Source of the DNA: Alphaproteobacteria bacterium
GTDB taxonomy: Bacteria; Pseudomonadota; Alphaproteobacteria; Micavibrionales; Micavibrionaceae
Length of the DNA: 64,000 nt
NCBI GenBank assembly: GCA_017302165.1
Contig: JAFLCW010000004.1
Coordinates: 59,834 to 123,833 of the forward strand
Direction: 5' to 3'
Below, piece after piece: positions 49,716 to 60,527 of this stretch (positions within the stretch are counted from its first letter, which is position 1; the number at the start of each line of letters is the position of its first letter). The translations under genes were made by a program, and so were the position numbers. The notes below the pieces were generated by a model, which was not told where the DNA came from, ran no database searches, and worked only from the letters and a program-made list of their open reading frames with translations.

Positions 49716-51110
49716 ATGGCAGAAACGCTTTCGCCGCTGACAGACAGCGAAGAGGAGACAGATATTGTCGGCCTCAGCGATGAGCGTATTCAAGACCTTC
49801 TGACGGATTTACACGAAGCCCATGCCGAAAAACTTACTGAATCATTGAAGGAACTGAGTGTTCCTGAGGCCGCTGACCTTCTCCATAAGATTGATGCTGA
49901 AGACCGGCAGGCATTATTAGAACAGTTTGGGGGGGCTTTTGACCCCTATGTCTTTAGCTTTTTGGATGCGGAATTGCGCCGTATCTGCCTGTCCACGATG
50001 CCGTCATCTAAAGTCGCGCAGATTATTTCTGAACTGGACAGCGATGACGCGCTCGATTTGATTTTGAATTTATCTCCCGTCTTTCAGAAAGAAATTTTAT
50101 ATAAACTTTCGAATAAAGACCGATTGGCCTTGGAAGAAGGTCTAACCTTCCCACCTGATTCCGCGGGACGGTTAATGCAACGTGAATTTGTCGCGATCCC
50201 TGAATTCTGGACCGTGGGCGACACGATTGATTATCTTCGGTCGGCGGGCGACAAAATCCCGGATGATTTTTTTGACCTGATCGTCATTGACCCGTCATAT
50301 CATGTGCGCGGGGAAATTCCGCTGGATAAATTAATCCGTTCACAACGCCATGAAAAAATCCGTGATTTAACCTTAAAAGAAGCACATACGGTATCAGCCA
50401 CCCTTGATCAAGAAGAAGTGGCGCACCTGTTCCGGCGTGAAAGCATTAAATCCGCCCCTGTCGTCGATGAAGATGATCGGTTGATCGGCGTGATCACCAT
50501 TGATGATGTCATTGATGTTATCGACGAAGAAGCGCAGGAAGATATCCTGAAAATGGCGGGGGTGAAAGAAGGCGATCTTTACCGCGCCGTGATGTCCACC
50601 ACGACCAGCCGGTTTAAATGGCTATTTGTGAATTTACTAACCGCCATTTTGGCGTCTGTGGTGATTTCATGGTTTGATGCCACGTTAGAACAGGTTATCG
50701 CCTTGGCCATTCTGATGCCAATTGTAGCGTCCATGGGGGGAAATGCGGGCACACAGGCCTTGACCGTCGCCGTTCGCGCGCTGGCCACCAAGGAGATTTC
50801 AGATACCAACACCTTTCGGATTATCTGGAAGGAAACATTGGTGGGCACGCTTAACGGGGCGGCATTTGCCCTGATTATTGGGGCGATCGCCGCCCTATGG
50901 TTCCAAAGCCCCGTTCTGGGCGGCGTGATTGGGGCGGCCATGGTGTTAAATTTGGTCTGCGCCGGGTTATTTGGGGCGGGCATTCCCATTTTCTTAAACC
51001 GTATCGGGGTTGACCCGGCCCTATCATCCACCGTCTTTTTAACGACTATCACGGATGTCGTCGGTTTCTTTGGCTTTTTAGGTCTGGCATCCATTTTTCT
51101 TATTCATTAA
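49716..51110 (+). CDS. mgtE: Magnesium transporter MgtE
   Basis: MgtE N-domain, tandem CBS domains, and a C-terminal 5-TM domain (...PIVASMGGNAGTQ...). Confidence 0.92.
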   Translation: MAETLSPLTDSEEETDIVGLSDERIQDLLTDLHEAHAEKLTESLKELSVPEAADLLHKIDAEDRQALLEQFGGAFDPYVFSFLDAELRRICLSTMPSSKVAQIISELDSDDALDLILNLSPVFQKEILYKLSNKDRLALEEGLTFPPDSAGRLMQREFVAIPEFWTVGDTIDYLRSAGDKIPDDFFDLIVIDPSYHVRGEIPLDKLIRSQRHEKIRDLTLKEAHTVSATLDQEEVAHLFRRESIKSAPVVDEDDRLIGVITIDDVIDVIDEEAQEDILKMAGVKEGDLYRAVMSTTTSRFKWLFVNLLTAILASVVISWFDATLEQVIALAILMPIVASMGGNAGTQALTVAVRALATKEISDTNTFRIIWKETLVGTLNGAAFALIIGAIAALWFQSPVLGGVIGAAMVLNLVCAGLFGAGIPIFLNRIGVDPALSSTVFLTTITDVVGFFGFLGLASIFLIH

Positions 51111-51191
51111 GCCCCGCTTTTCCCCATATGGATATGGACTTTAGGATGAAAACGCCCTAAAAATCGCTGACATCTTAACCCCCGTCACCTC

Positions 51192-53255
51192 ATGGCCAAA
51201 AAGAAGAAAAAACCATCCTATACGCCTAAATCCAGTTCGGCCGCCAGACAGCCAGGTGGGTTTTTCGCCTATATAGCCAAGTGGATATTGGTCGCCTGCT
51301 TATGGGTGGGGATCGCGCTGGCCATTCTGTTCACTTATTACGCATCGGAACTGCCGGACATCACCGAAGAGATGATCTTTGAACGTCGTCCCATGATCAT
51401 CATCAAGGCCAATGACGGTAAGATCGTGGATCGGTTCGGGGACATCAAAGGCGAAAGTGTCGTCGTGAAAGATTTGCCGGATCACGTCGTCAACGCCGTA
51501 TTGGCCACAGAAGACAGACGTTTTTATTATCATTTCGGCTTAGACCCCATCGGCATTGCCCGCGCGTTTACCGTGAACATGGTCAAAGGAGGTTTCGTTC
51601 AGGGTGGCTCCACCATCACACAACAGTTGGCCAAAAACCTCTTTTTATCCCGCGACCGGACGCTAAAACGTAAAATTCAGGAGGCCATGCTGGCGATTTG
51701 GCTGGAAACCAAACTCACAAAAGATGAAATATTAAGTGCCTATCTTAACCGGGTTTATCTGGGTGCGGGGGCGTATGGGATTGATGCCGCGGCGCGAGTC
51801 TATTTCAACAAATCTGCTAAGGAACTCTCGCTTCGTGAATCAGCGACGATTGCCGGGTTATTAAAAGCCCCATCCCGATACTCACCGGCATCAAACCCCG
51901 AGGAATCGGCCTCGCGCACGATGGTTGTCTTAAACGCCATGGTTGATGGTGGATTCATTGAACAAAAAGAACTGAATCAACTGAAGAAGTTTCCACCCGC
52001 GCCGCGTCGCAAGCCCTCAAGCGGCGATACTATTCGTTATTTCACGGATTATATTGTCAGTCAGCTGGAAGATTTGATTGGTACCATCGATCAGGACGTC
52101 ATTGTTTACACCACGCTAGATAAGGATATTCAAAAAGCCTCAGAACAGGCCATCACCAAAGGCATTTTAAAATACGGGACTTCGAACAAGGTCACGCAAG
52201 GTGCGGCTGTCATTTTACGGCTGGATGGGGGCATTGTGTCCATGGTGGGGGGGCGGGACTATGAGATGAGTGAATATAACCGAGTCACCCATGCCTTAAG
52301 ATCTCCGGGATCATCGTTCAAGCCCTTTGTGTACATGGCCGCGCTTGAAGCGGGATTAACCCCGGATAGTCTGGTCGTTGATGAACCTCGTTCCTATGGA
52401 CGCTACACACCGCAAAACTATGGGAATGAATACTACGGCGAAGTCACGTTGGCGCAGGCATTTGGCCGTTCGCTGAATACCGTGGCTGTCGAACTCCTCT
52501 ATCAGATCGGCCCTGAATCAGCGATATCGGTGGCACGACGTTTGGGCATTACGGCGGATCTGGAGCCGAATTTGTCACTTGCTCTGGGCAGTAATGGCGT
52601 TCCCATGCTTCAGATGGCCTCTGCTTATGCTGGGCTTGCGCGCGGCGGTATCGCCGTTGAACCCTTTTCGATTTTAAAAGTCACGGACAATGACGGAAAG
52701 GTTTTATATGAACGCCCCGCGCATCACACCGTGCGTCAGGTTATGTCTCGCCACAAAGTATCTCAGCTTACCTATATGATGCGCGGCGTCGTGGAATGGG
52801 GAACCGGTGTCGCGGCACGGGGGCCTTATGCGGCCGCTGGAAAAACCGGAACATCCCAAGACTTCCGAGATGCGTGGTTTGATGGATTTACCGACACCTA
52901 TGCCGGCATTGTCTGGTTTGGCAATGATGATAATAGCCCGATGCGCCGTATGACGGGCGGGTCAATCGCCGCGCCTGCCTGGCGAGACATCATGACGGTT
53001 GCCGTCACGAAACCCACCCCGCAGTACGGCACCACCGCCACCATCGTGGAAGATTTCAGTTTCCATGACTTAATTGGTAATATTCTAGGATCAGAAGATC
53101 CTCTTTCGGATACATCCGAAGAATCTCTCCCCGGAGCACCCATCGTCAATCAGAATTTTAACAAGAGAGAGGATGAAAATCGTATCCCGGTTTTAAACAT
53201 CCCCACACAGGAATACACGCCAACAGGACGTCACAAGTGGGAATTTAACGATTAA
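51192..53255 (+). CDS. Class A penicillin-binding protein (PBP1A family: transglycosylase + transpeptidase)
   Basis: EDRRFYYHFGLDP and GGSTITQQLAKN (GT51), then SPGSSFKP, SLN and KTGT (transpeptidase). Confidence 0.9.
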   Translation: MAKKKKKPSYTPKSSSAARQPGGFFAYIAKWILVACLWVGIALAILFTYYASELPDITEEMIFERRPMIIIKANDGKIVDRFGDIKGESVVVKDLPDHVVNAVLATEDRRFYYHFGLDPIGIARAFTVNMVKGGFVQGGSTITQQLAKNLFLSRDRTLKRKIQEAMLAIWLETKLTKDEILSAYLNRVYLGAGAYGIDAAARVYFNKSAKELSLRESATIAGLLKAPSRYSPASNPEESASRTMVVLNAMVDGGFIEQKELNQLKKFPPAPRRKPSSGDTIRYFTDYIVSQLEDLIGTIDQDVIVYTTLDKDIQKASEQAITKGILKYGTSNKVTQGAAVILRLDGGIVSMVGGRDYEMSEYNRVTHALRSPGSSFKPFVYMAALEAGLTPDSLVVDEPRSYGRYTPQNYGNEYYGEVTLAQAFGRSLNTVAVELLYQIGPESAISVARRLGITADLEPNLSLALGSNGVPMLQMASAYAGLARGGIAVEPFSILKVTDNDGKVLYERPAHHTVRQVMSRHKVSQLTYMMRGVVEWGTGVAARGPYAAAGKTGTSQDFRDAWFDGFTDTYAGIVWFGNDDNSPMRRMTGGSIAAPAWRDIMTVAVTKPTPQYGTTATIVEDFSFHDLIGNILGSEDPLSDTSEESLPGAPIVNQNFNKREDENRIPVLNIPTQEYTPTGRHKWEFND

Positions 53256-53272
53256 TATCGTTAAAAAATCCA

Positions 53273-53728
53273 CTACAAAGTGATGGGTTCCTGAACGCGT
53301 GGATATTCCCGGCGAAACGCCGCAAAACGATCCTCGCCTATTCTATCCCAATGTGATTTAAGCGCGAGTGTCGCAGTACAAGGCCCTCCGATATCCCATC
53401 CGGATCGCATTAAGCTTCGGTCCACATATTCCAGATAACTCGCCGGAAAAGCCGCCCGGGGTGCACGTAGTCCATACTCAACTAATAATTTAGACACGAA
53501 CGCATCGCCCAAATCTGTCATATCCGCCGTGAATTGAAGCGAGGAGAGAATTTTAATATCCATCCGGCTGTTGGGAACGTGGCGTAAATGCCGCATGAAC
53601 CGGGCATAAACATCTATCTCAACCGACCCCTCTGGTGGAAGCGGCAAAGAAATCCGGGGATCAAACGATTCTAAATTCGGATGATTGTCGTTGCATTTAA
53701 GTGGCGTATCGATCGAATAGGCGGTCAT
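53273..53728 (-). CDS. Hypothetical protein
   Basis: 151-aa ORF with genome-typical composition and no recognisable motif. Confidence 0.45.
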   Translation of the reverse strand: MTAYSIDTPLKCNDNHPNLESFDPRISLPLPPEGSVEIDVYARFMRHLRHVPNSRMDIKILSSLQFTADMTDLGDAFVSKLLVEYGLRAPRAAFPASYLEYVDRSLMRSGWDIGGPCTATLALKSHWDRIGEDRFAAFRREYPRVQEPITL

Positions 53729-53880
53729 GGCGATATCCTTTCATGTGAGATCTTGATCTCGATGTCGGACAATAATCCGGTGCATCCTTACCTCGACTCT
53801 TGTCTGAATTGCTTAAGAGAATCTTAATGCCGGGATTCCCGGCACGAACAACTATGATGATAAGTATGTGGATAAAATTT

Positions 53881-54309
53881 CTAAGCTTTTGGAATCGCTT
53901 GGACTGCTAACTTATCCACACGCTCGTTTTCCGGGTGGCCAGCGTGCCCCTTTACCCAGATAAAATCAACGATATGAGGCGACATAGCCGAATCGATTCT
54001 CTCCCACAAATCTTGATTCTTAACGGGCTTTTTATCCGCCGTCTTCCAGCCTTTGGTCTTCCAGCTCGCGAGCCATTTTTGGGCACATTCGATCACATAT
54101 TTACTGTCAGAATAAATGGTCACCCGTGAAGGTTTCTTCAGAGCTTCAAGCCCCATAATGACCGCCATCATTTCCATGCGATTATTCGTGGTGAGCGCTT
54201 CGCCACCCGAAAGCTCTTTTTCATGGCCATTCCAGCGTAAAATAACCCCCCAGCCCCCCGGTCCCGGGTTTCCACTACAGGCGCCATCAGTAAAAATTTC
54301 AATGGACAT
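53881..54309 (-). CDS. rnhA: Ribonuclease HI
   Basis: [17 protein letters not shown]...NNRMEM...YSDSKY... Confidence 0.93.
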   Translation of the reverse strand: MSIEIFTDGACSGNPGPGGWGVILRWNGHEKELSGGEALTTNNRMEMMAVIMGLEALKKPSRVTIYSDSKYVIECAQKWLASWKTKGWKTADKKPVKNQDLWERIDSAMSPHIVDFIWVKGHAGHPENERVDKLAVQAIPKA

Positions 54310-54311
54310 TA

Positions 54312-55109
54312 TTATCCAGGAAGATGATCTATAATAATTTTTAAAAAGTCATCGGATGTTTGTACGCCGTGGAAGGCTTCGGATGGAATTGTCACACCAT
54401 ATGTGTCGGCGATGCGCTGATATTTAGGCAATCTGTTTTCAAACAAACGGGGGAAAACCCAGCGCGAAAAATCATCGGCATTCATATGATCCGAGGATGA
54501 TAGTCCGCGGTCTGACAGATATGTTTCCACCCAGAAATCAAATCTCTCCGGTGAAAAAAACATAGGTTTGGGATATTCCTGTGCCCGCCGCAAGACATTT
54601 TGTTCTTCCTGCGCATTGGCCTTGATATAAACAATTAATGAACTTTCATCAATGCTCGCGATTAAGGTTTCATCATCAATTTCGCATAGGCTTCCGGTGG
54701 AATCATTCACCACCTGTGTAAAGCCTTTGGCATGTGCCTGTTTGACAATAGTCGGCAGGTCACGTAGGGATTGGCATTCCGCATCATAATATTTTTTCTG
54801 ACGCCGCTTGAATTCAGCCAAAGGTAAGCCGCCGTGCGCTGGATTTCCTAAACGTCCTACATATTCCGAGAGCATTGATAAATCTTCGGCCGTGATGGTG
54901 TTAAGCCGAATCGTGCCACTAGAACGAGATAAAGTTTGAACAATTTCATCGCCCATTAAACGCGTGCCGATTTCTAGATCACAGGAATAATGAAACCAGC
55001 CTTGTTTCGCCAGCAGACAAGACAAATAGGTTTTTCCAACCCCCGACATCCCCATCAAGGTGATGACCTTGTGGGAGATCGCATTGAATTCAGGAACGGT
55101 AATCGGCAT
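54312..55109 (-). CDS. P-loop NTPase/kinase-like protein (shikimate-kinase-like fold?)
   Basis: Walker A GMSGVGKT is near the N-terminus. 265 aa, specific family not recognised. Confidence 0.5.
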   Translation of the reverse strand: MPITVPEFNAISHKVITLMGMSGVGKTYLSCLLAKQGWFHYSCDLEIGTRLMGDEIVQTLSRSSGTIRLNTITAEDLSMLSEYVGRLGNPAHGGLPLAEFKRRQKKYYDAECQSLRDLPTIVKQAHAKGFTQVVNDSTGSLCEIDDETLIASIDESSLIVYIKANAQEEQNVLRRAQEYPKPMFFSPERFDFWVETYLSDRGLSSSDHMNADDFSRWVFPRLFENRLPKYQRIADTYGVTIPSEAFHGVQTSDDFLKIIIDHLPG

Positions 55110-55112
55110 GAC

Positions 55113-56069
55113 CTAGGCCGCTTCTTCGCGCAGGATACGCGGCACATTGAACACCACATTTTCCTGAGTAATTGAGACTTCTTCAACGCAGACATCGTAA
55201 TTCTGACGTATCGCCGAGATCACTTCTTCGACCAGTGTTTCGGGTGCCGATGCGCCCGCCGTCAGCCCCAGAATATTCACCCCGGCCAGCCACGCCCAAT
55301 CAATATCACTGGCGCGCTGGATCAAGGTTGCCTTCTGACATCCATACACCAAACCCACTTCAACCAGCCGGTTTGAATTAGACGAATTGGGTGCGCCAAT
55401 GACCATCATCGCATCACACCGCGCCGCAATCTCCTTGACGGCGGCTTGACGATTGGTGGTGGCATAGCAAATATCTTCTTTATGGGGCGGAAGAATATGC
55501 GGGAATTTCAAGGTGAGTGCTTGTACCACTTTAGCCGTATCATCGACGGATAACGTTGTCTGGGTGCAATAAGCCAGAGGCTGGGCATCCGATATCTCAA
55601 GACGGGCCACATCCTCTGTGGTTTCAACCAAAATAACCGCCCCTTCAGGCAACTGCCCCATGGTACCCACCACTTCAGGATGTCCAGCATGGCCAATCAA
55701 AATAATCTGTCTGCCTTGGGCGAAGTGGCGCTCCGCTTCTTTATGAACCTTGCTCACCAGTGGACAGGTGGCATCAATGTAAAACATATTGCGGCTGGCG
55801 GCATCGGCCGGGATTTTTTTGGGTACACCATGTGCCGAAAAAATAACCGGGCGAGTCGCGTCCGGAATTTCATCCAGTTCTTCAATAAAAACGGCACCCT
55901 TGGCTCTTAAATTTTCAACCACAAATTTATTGTGAACAATTTCATGACGCACATAAACAGGAGCACCATATTTTTCCAGCGTCTTTTCAACAATCTGGAT
56001 GGCTCGATCCACCCCGGCGCAAAAACCTCGGGGTGCCGCTAAAAGAACGGTCAAAGAAGGACGTGTCAT
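55113..56069 (-). CDS. ispH: 4-hydroxy-3-methylbut-2-enyl diphosphate reductase
   Basis: [24 protein letters not shown]...VRHEIVHN... ATG 56069 is preferred over the track start at 56105. Confidence 0.93.
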   Translation of the reverse strand: MTRPSLTVLLAAPRGFCAGVDRAIQIVEKTLEKYGAPVYVRHEIVHNKFVVENLRAKGAVFIEELDEIPDATRPVIFSAHGVPKKIPADAASRNMFYIDATCPLVSKVHKEAERHFAQGRQIILIGHAGHPEVVGTMGQLPEGAVILVETTEDVARLEISDAQPLAYCTQTTLSVDDTAKVVQALTLKFPHILPPHKEDICYATTNRQAAVKEIAARCDAMMVIGAPNSSNSNRLVEVGLVYGCQKATLIQRASDIDWAWLAGVNILGLTAGASAPETLVEEVISAIRQNYDVCVEEVSITQENVVFNVPRILREEAA

Positions 56070-56130
56070 AGAGTTGATATAAACTGAAACGGGGTTGTTC
56101 TGCAACCATCAATGGCGTAATCTGAACCAC

Positions 56131-56760
56131 ATGAAGTTTTTAATCTTGATCTGTCTGGGTCTATTGATCCTGCCGGGATGCCAAACCCTCTCCGGGGCAA
56201 AAAATGATATTGCACGGATTATTGCCCCCGACACCCCGGGTCAGGCAAGTGCTGTGGCAGGTGACCCGCCCATAGAAGCGGACGGGATCGAAACAGCTTG
56301 CCCACCCGTGCGCGTGATGGATGATCTAAAGCAAGCTGTTGAATTTGTGGATCTCTCCCGCCCTTCGGATGCCAGCGAAATGGGGCGTCTCACGATTACA
56401 AAAATTGATACACGATGCGTGAATGAGAACGATGCGACAGGCGTAGATATTACGTTTGAATTTGATGGCAAGCTAGGCCCCAAAGGCAGATGGAAAGCCG
56501 GAGACGAAGCCAGTTTTGCCTATCCTTATTTCGTTGCCGTGACGGATGCACAGGGCGTGGTATTATCCAAAGAACTTTTTGCCGCGTCAGTGTCATATAA
56601 TGCCACGGAAAATGCCTTGAGACAGGTTGAGACAATTCGTCAATCCATCCCAAATACAACGACAAAAAATGCCATCTATAATATCGTGGTCGGCTTTCAG
56701 TTGAGCGAAGAACAGCTTGCCTATAACCGCCGTCAGATGGCCAGTGCCCAAAAACCTTAG
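56131..56760 (+). CDS. Hypothetical lipoprotein
   Basis: MKFLILICLGLLILPGC lipobox. No recognisable domain. Confidence 0.55.
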   Translation: MKFLILICLGLLILPGCQTLSGAKNDIARIIAPDTPGQASAVAGDPPIEADGIETACPPVRVMDDLKQAVEFVDLSRPSDASEMGRLTITKIDTRCVNENDATGVDITFEFDGKLGPKGRWKAGDEASFAYPYFVAVTDAQGVVLSKELFAASVSYNATENALRQVETIRQSIPNTTTKNAIYNIVVGFQLSEEQLAYNRRQMASAQKP

Positions 56761-58046
56761 ACGGACTGTTTACGGATATAGGCTTTGATCTGGCGCACGC
56801 GATCTGACAGACGTCTGCGTATTTTATACAGCGTTGATTCCATCGGCGTTAAAAGAGATTTGGGTTTGCCGCGCGCATACAACGTTTCCCGAGTCTCCAT
56901 GATACTGAAATACACATGATAGGGCGTGGTACCCGGCATATAATCTGTTGCCGGGGATAAATCCCGGTTGAGCCATTCAGTCCAAAATCCCCGCGCATCC
57001 ATATATTTTTGGACAAAGACACGCATCATGCGGGACATATTAGCCTTCAGATCGTCGCGGCTTAACCCGCTATCCATTAACAAGGCATTCGCTTTCAAGA
57101 TTTCTCCAAATGGCCACAGCCGTTTAGTATCGGCAATCACTTCGTGGCGATCATTCAACTCATCATATATGCCGCCAAATTCTGAATCCCATCCATGGGT
57201 GTTTGCCCATACTAACATCTTCTCACATACAGAATCTTGATCAGGCAATTGAGTCCCGGTGAGATAGCTATATTTTTTCAAAAGCCATATCCATTCCCCA
57301 TAATGGCCAGGTTCCACAACAATGTGCCCCTCCTTGGGTGCAGGATTTAATTCATCATCAAAATATTCGCTCAGGATATTTTGCGTTCGATTATAAAATT
57401 TTTGATGAAACAAGGTGACGATTTCATCCGCAAGGAGCTTGAAAGATATATCCCCCCATGTCTGCAAAGCAAACAAGCACGCTTCAAGAAGGTGCATATG
57501 AGATTCATGACGCCGAAGTTGTGGGATTGTCTTTAAATCAGTCGACAGCGATTCAGCAAAGCTGAGATTACCGGGAATCCGGAAATACTTGTCAATAAAA
57601 CCAAGCGTTTTGAGCGCATAATCGCGCGCGTCTGAGTCAGGATAGGCCTTGCCGTAATGCGCTAAGGCAAAAATGACGAACGCCAGCGCATATAGATCAT
57701 AGGTATCGTCGAGTGGCTGGCCTTGCGGATTTAAACTAAATCGCCACCCTCCCGTTTCCGGGATGAAGAAATGATCGATCAGGGCACGATAAGACACATA
57801 TAATTTAGGCGTAAATTTTAAATCTGGCCTTTGCCGGGCGGCATCGGCATACATGGCTAATTGACGGCACTGCGTTAACAATCTTTTATGCGGCATAGGA
57901 ACCGGGCGAAACGCGTGCCCCAGACGTTCATGAAACAAACCTGTCGCCGGATCACAAAACGCCCCATGCCATTTTGGAATCCAGCGAAACAAAAGTCGTC
58001 GTGCCAGAATATCGGATTGTGTGAGCGGGCTGTCTGTGTCATTCAT
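56757..58046 (-). CDS. AGE-family (N-acylglucosamine 2-epimerase-like) epimerase/isomerase
   Basis: 429-aa alpha/alpha-barrel-like sequence with the EPGHYGEWIWLL motif (GHxxEWxWLL). Confidence 0.7.
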   Translation of the reverse strand: MNDTDSPLTQSDILARRLLFRWIPKWHGAFCDPATGLFHERLGHAFRPVPMPHKRLLTQCRQLAMYADAARQRPDLKFTPKLYVSYRALIDHFFIPETGGWRFSLNPQGQPLDDTYDLYALAFVIFALAHYGKAYPDSDARDYALKTLGFIDKYFRIPGNLSFAESLSTDLKTIPQLRRHESHMHLLEACLFALQTWGDISFKLLADEIVTLFHQKFYNRTQNILSEYFDDELNPAPKEGHIVVEPGHYGEWIWLLKKYSYLTGTQLPDQDSVCEKMLVWANTHGWDSEFGGIYDELNDRHEVIADTKRLWPFGEILKANALLMDSGLSRDDLKANMSRMMRVFVQKYMDARGFWTEWLNRDLSPATDYMPGTTPYHVYFSIMETRETLYARGKPKSLLTPMESTLYKIRRRLSDRVRQIKAYIRKQSV

Positions 58047-58069
58047 ATATAAACATCATATAGCATCAC

Positions 58070-58999
58070 ATGAAAACGACAATATACACGCATGAGAGCG
58101 GCCTGACGCACGATACGGGTGAGGCACATCCAGAGCGCGCAGACCGCCTGCGTGTGATCTATGACTTACTAGATACCCCGCCTTTTGATACTCTCCCCCG
58201 CGTCAAACCACCGCCCGCGGAGATGGATCATCTTCTTCTGGCGCATATACCTGATTATATCGAAACCGTCGAAAATATGATCCCACCGATGGGGGTGGTT
58301 GATTGGGGGGGTGAAGTGATGCTCTCCCCTGGGACGTGGGAATCAGCACTTCGGGCAGTGGGGGCTGGGTGTCTGGCGGTGGATGATATCTTTCAGAACA
58401 AAACGACCCGTGCTTTTTGTGCCGTGCGTCCGCCCGGGCACCATGCCCTACCCGATCGTGCCATGGGGTTTTGTTTGTTTAATAATATTTTTATCGCGGC
58501 GCGTCACGCTCAGATATCTTATGGGGTCAAAAAAATCGCAATTATTGATTTCGATGTGCATCATGGCAACGGCACGGATCACATGACCCGGTCTCACGAT
58601 GGGTCTATTTTATTTATCTCGACGCATCAATATCCGTTATGGCCGATGTCAGGTCATCCGGATGATAACGAAGACTCTGTCCAGAACTGGATTTTGCCAC
58701 CGGAAAGCGGCTCTGAAATTTTTCGAAAACTTTATGAGACCCACGTTTTCCCTGCGGTGAAGGATTATGCGCCGGATCTCATCATGATATCGGCCGGATT
58801 TGATGCCCACCAAGATGACCCGCTTGGGGGATTGAACCTGACGGCGGATGATTTTGAATGGGTCACTCGGCATTTATGCACCCTCGCCAATCTGACGGCG
58901 CAGGGGCGCATTTTATCAATGCTGGAGGGCGGTTACGACCTAAACGCTCTTCGAGAGAGCGTGTCAGCGCACTTACGGGCGTTAATATCGTCTGGTTAA
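58070..58999 (+). CDS. Histone-deacetylase-family protein (acetoin utilisation / acetylpolyamine amidohydrolase-like)
   Basis: ...RPPGHHA...DFDVHHGNGT...GFDAH..DPLG...EGGY. Confidence 0.85.
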   Translation: MKTTIYTHESGLTHDTGEAHPERADRLRVIYDLLDTPPFDTLPRVKPPPAEMDHLLLAHIPDYIETVENMIPPMGVVDWGGEVMLSPGTWESALRAVGAGCLAVDDIFQNKTTRAFCAVRPPGHHALPDRAMGFCLFNNIFIAARHAQISYGVKKIAIIDFDVHHGNGTDHMTRSHDGSILFISTHQYPLWPMSGHPDDNEDSVQNWILPPESGSEIFRKLYETHVFPAVKDYAPDLIMISAGFDAHQDDPLGGLNLTADDFEWVTRHLCTLANLTAQGRILSMLEGGYDLNALRESVSAHLRALISSG

Positions 59000-59306
59000 T
59001 GACGTGTATTATGATCCTGTGGCCGCCCGAGCAAGGCACGATGCGTGTCCTGTTCATGTTGACGGCGTTTGGCGCGCGCCACGCGCCATAAAATAAAGTC
59101 AATATTTTTCAATGAGTTACCGTTAAAATCAATCGGCGAGAGCTTTTGCATGGGTCAAAGCCTTTCTTGATAATGACATATAATTTGATTATATCTCATC
59201 CCGCCCCTGTCCAGATGTGCAAAGTGGTGTCATCAGCCTTGAGAAATCAGCGTATCTGGCCTACACTCGCGGGCGTTTAAATTGTGAAATAACTCAAGGG
59301 ATTATC

Positions 59307-59546
59307 ATGGGTGCCAAAGGGGCTGTCTCGCCAAGTTTTGAAGATGCGCTGGCTGAACTGGAAACCATTGTGAAAGGTCTGGAAAGCGGCAAAACAACGC
59401 TGGAGGAATCGATCACGGCATACACACGGGGAATGGAATTAAAAAAAATCTGTGAGACCAAACTGCGCGATGCCCAATCCCGGATTGAAAAAATCTCGGT
59501 TCAGCCTGACGGTTCAATTAAAACAGAAGCCTTTCAAACAGAGTAA
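59307..59546 (+). CDS. xseB: Exodeoxyribonuclease VII small subunit
   Basis: 79 aa from ATG 59307. SFEDALAELETIVKGLESGKTTLEESI..., in the conserved xseB-ispA-dxs order. Confidence 0.88.
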   Translation: MGAKGAVSPSFEDALAELETIVKGLESGKTTLEESITAYTRGMELKKICETKLRDAQSRIEKISVQPDGSIKTEAFQTE

Positions 59547-59587
59547 TTTTTTAGACAGAATAAATTTAAAGGATGTAAGAACAAAAC

Positions 59588-60499
59588 ATGGCTCCTTCAC
59601 CACGCGACGCGACCCCCCGACTTCAGGACGAACTGGATGAATGCGTTGAATCCGTCAACAAGACTATCACGCGTTTGCTCCCTGAAACGGATCTGGCCGA
59701 AGCCCATTTATTCGAAGCCATGCGCTATGGTGTGCTGAACGGCGGAAAAAGATTGCGGCCTTTCATGGTGCTTCAATCTTCGAAACTATTTAACGTTGAT
59801 CCGGCGCGGGCGCGGCGCGTGGCGGCGGCGGTTGAATTTCTGCATTGTTACTCCTTGATCCACGACGATCTTCCAGCAATGGACAATTCAGACCTTCGCC
59901 GGGGCGTCCCCACGGTTCACCGGAAATATGACGAAGCCACGGCTATCTTGTCAGGGGATGCCCTGTTGACGTTGGCGTTTGAGGTGTTGTCTGACCGCGA
60001 GACACATTCTGACCCGCATGTCCGGGTGGAATTGGTGCGCAAGCTGGCGATCGCCGCAGGCCCTAGCGGCATGGTGGGTGGTCAGATGCTCGATTTAATC
60101 GGCGAAGAACAGGAGTTTGATCTGGGCACCATCAGCCGTCTTCAACGCATGAAAACAGGACACTTGATGGCATTTGCCTGTGAGGCCGGCGCCATCCTTG
60201 GCAAAGCCGATGACGCGCATAAAAAAGCCTTGTGTAATTACGCCTATGATCTGGGATTAGCGTTTCAGGTAACCGATGACATTCTCGATGTTGACTCGAC
60301 ATCAACAGAGACCGGTAAGCCTGCCAATCAGGATGATAAGGCCGGAAAATCGACCTTCGTATCGACCATGGGAAAAGATCAAGCCAAGATGCGCGCAGAA
60401 ATGCTGGTGCATCAGGCCATTCGCCATCTGCATGTGTTTGAAAACCGGGCGGATACGTTAAAAGAGCTTGCACATTATGTGCTAAAACGCCGGGCATAA
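59588..60499 (+). CDS. ispA: (2E,6E)-farnesyl diphosphate synthase / polyprenyl synthetase
   Basis: First DDxxD region ([17 protein letters not shown]) and second (FQVTDDILD). Confidence 0.88.
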   Translation: MAPSPRDATPRLQDELDECVESVNKTITRLLPETDLAEAHLFEAMRYGVLNGGKRLRPFMVLQSSKLFNVDPARARRVAAAVEFLHCYSLIHDDLPAMDNSDLRRGVPTVHRKYDEATAILSGDALLTLAFEVLSDRETHSDPHVRVELVRKLAIAAGPSGMVGGQMLDLIGEEQEFDLGTISRLQRMKTGHLMAFACEAGAILGKADDAHKKALCNYAYDLGLAFQVTDDILDVDSTSTETGKPANQDDKAGKSTFVSTMGKDQAKMRAEMLVHQAIRHLHVFENRADTLKELAHYVLKRRA

Positions 60500-60527
60500 A
60501 TTCGGCATATATTTTGTATTTATACAC

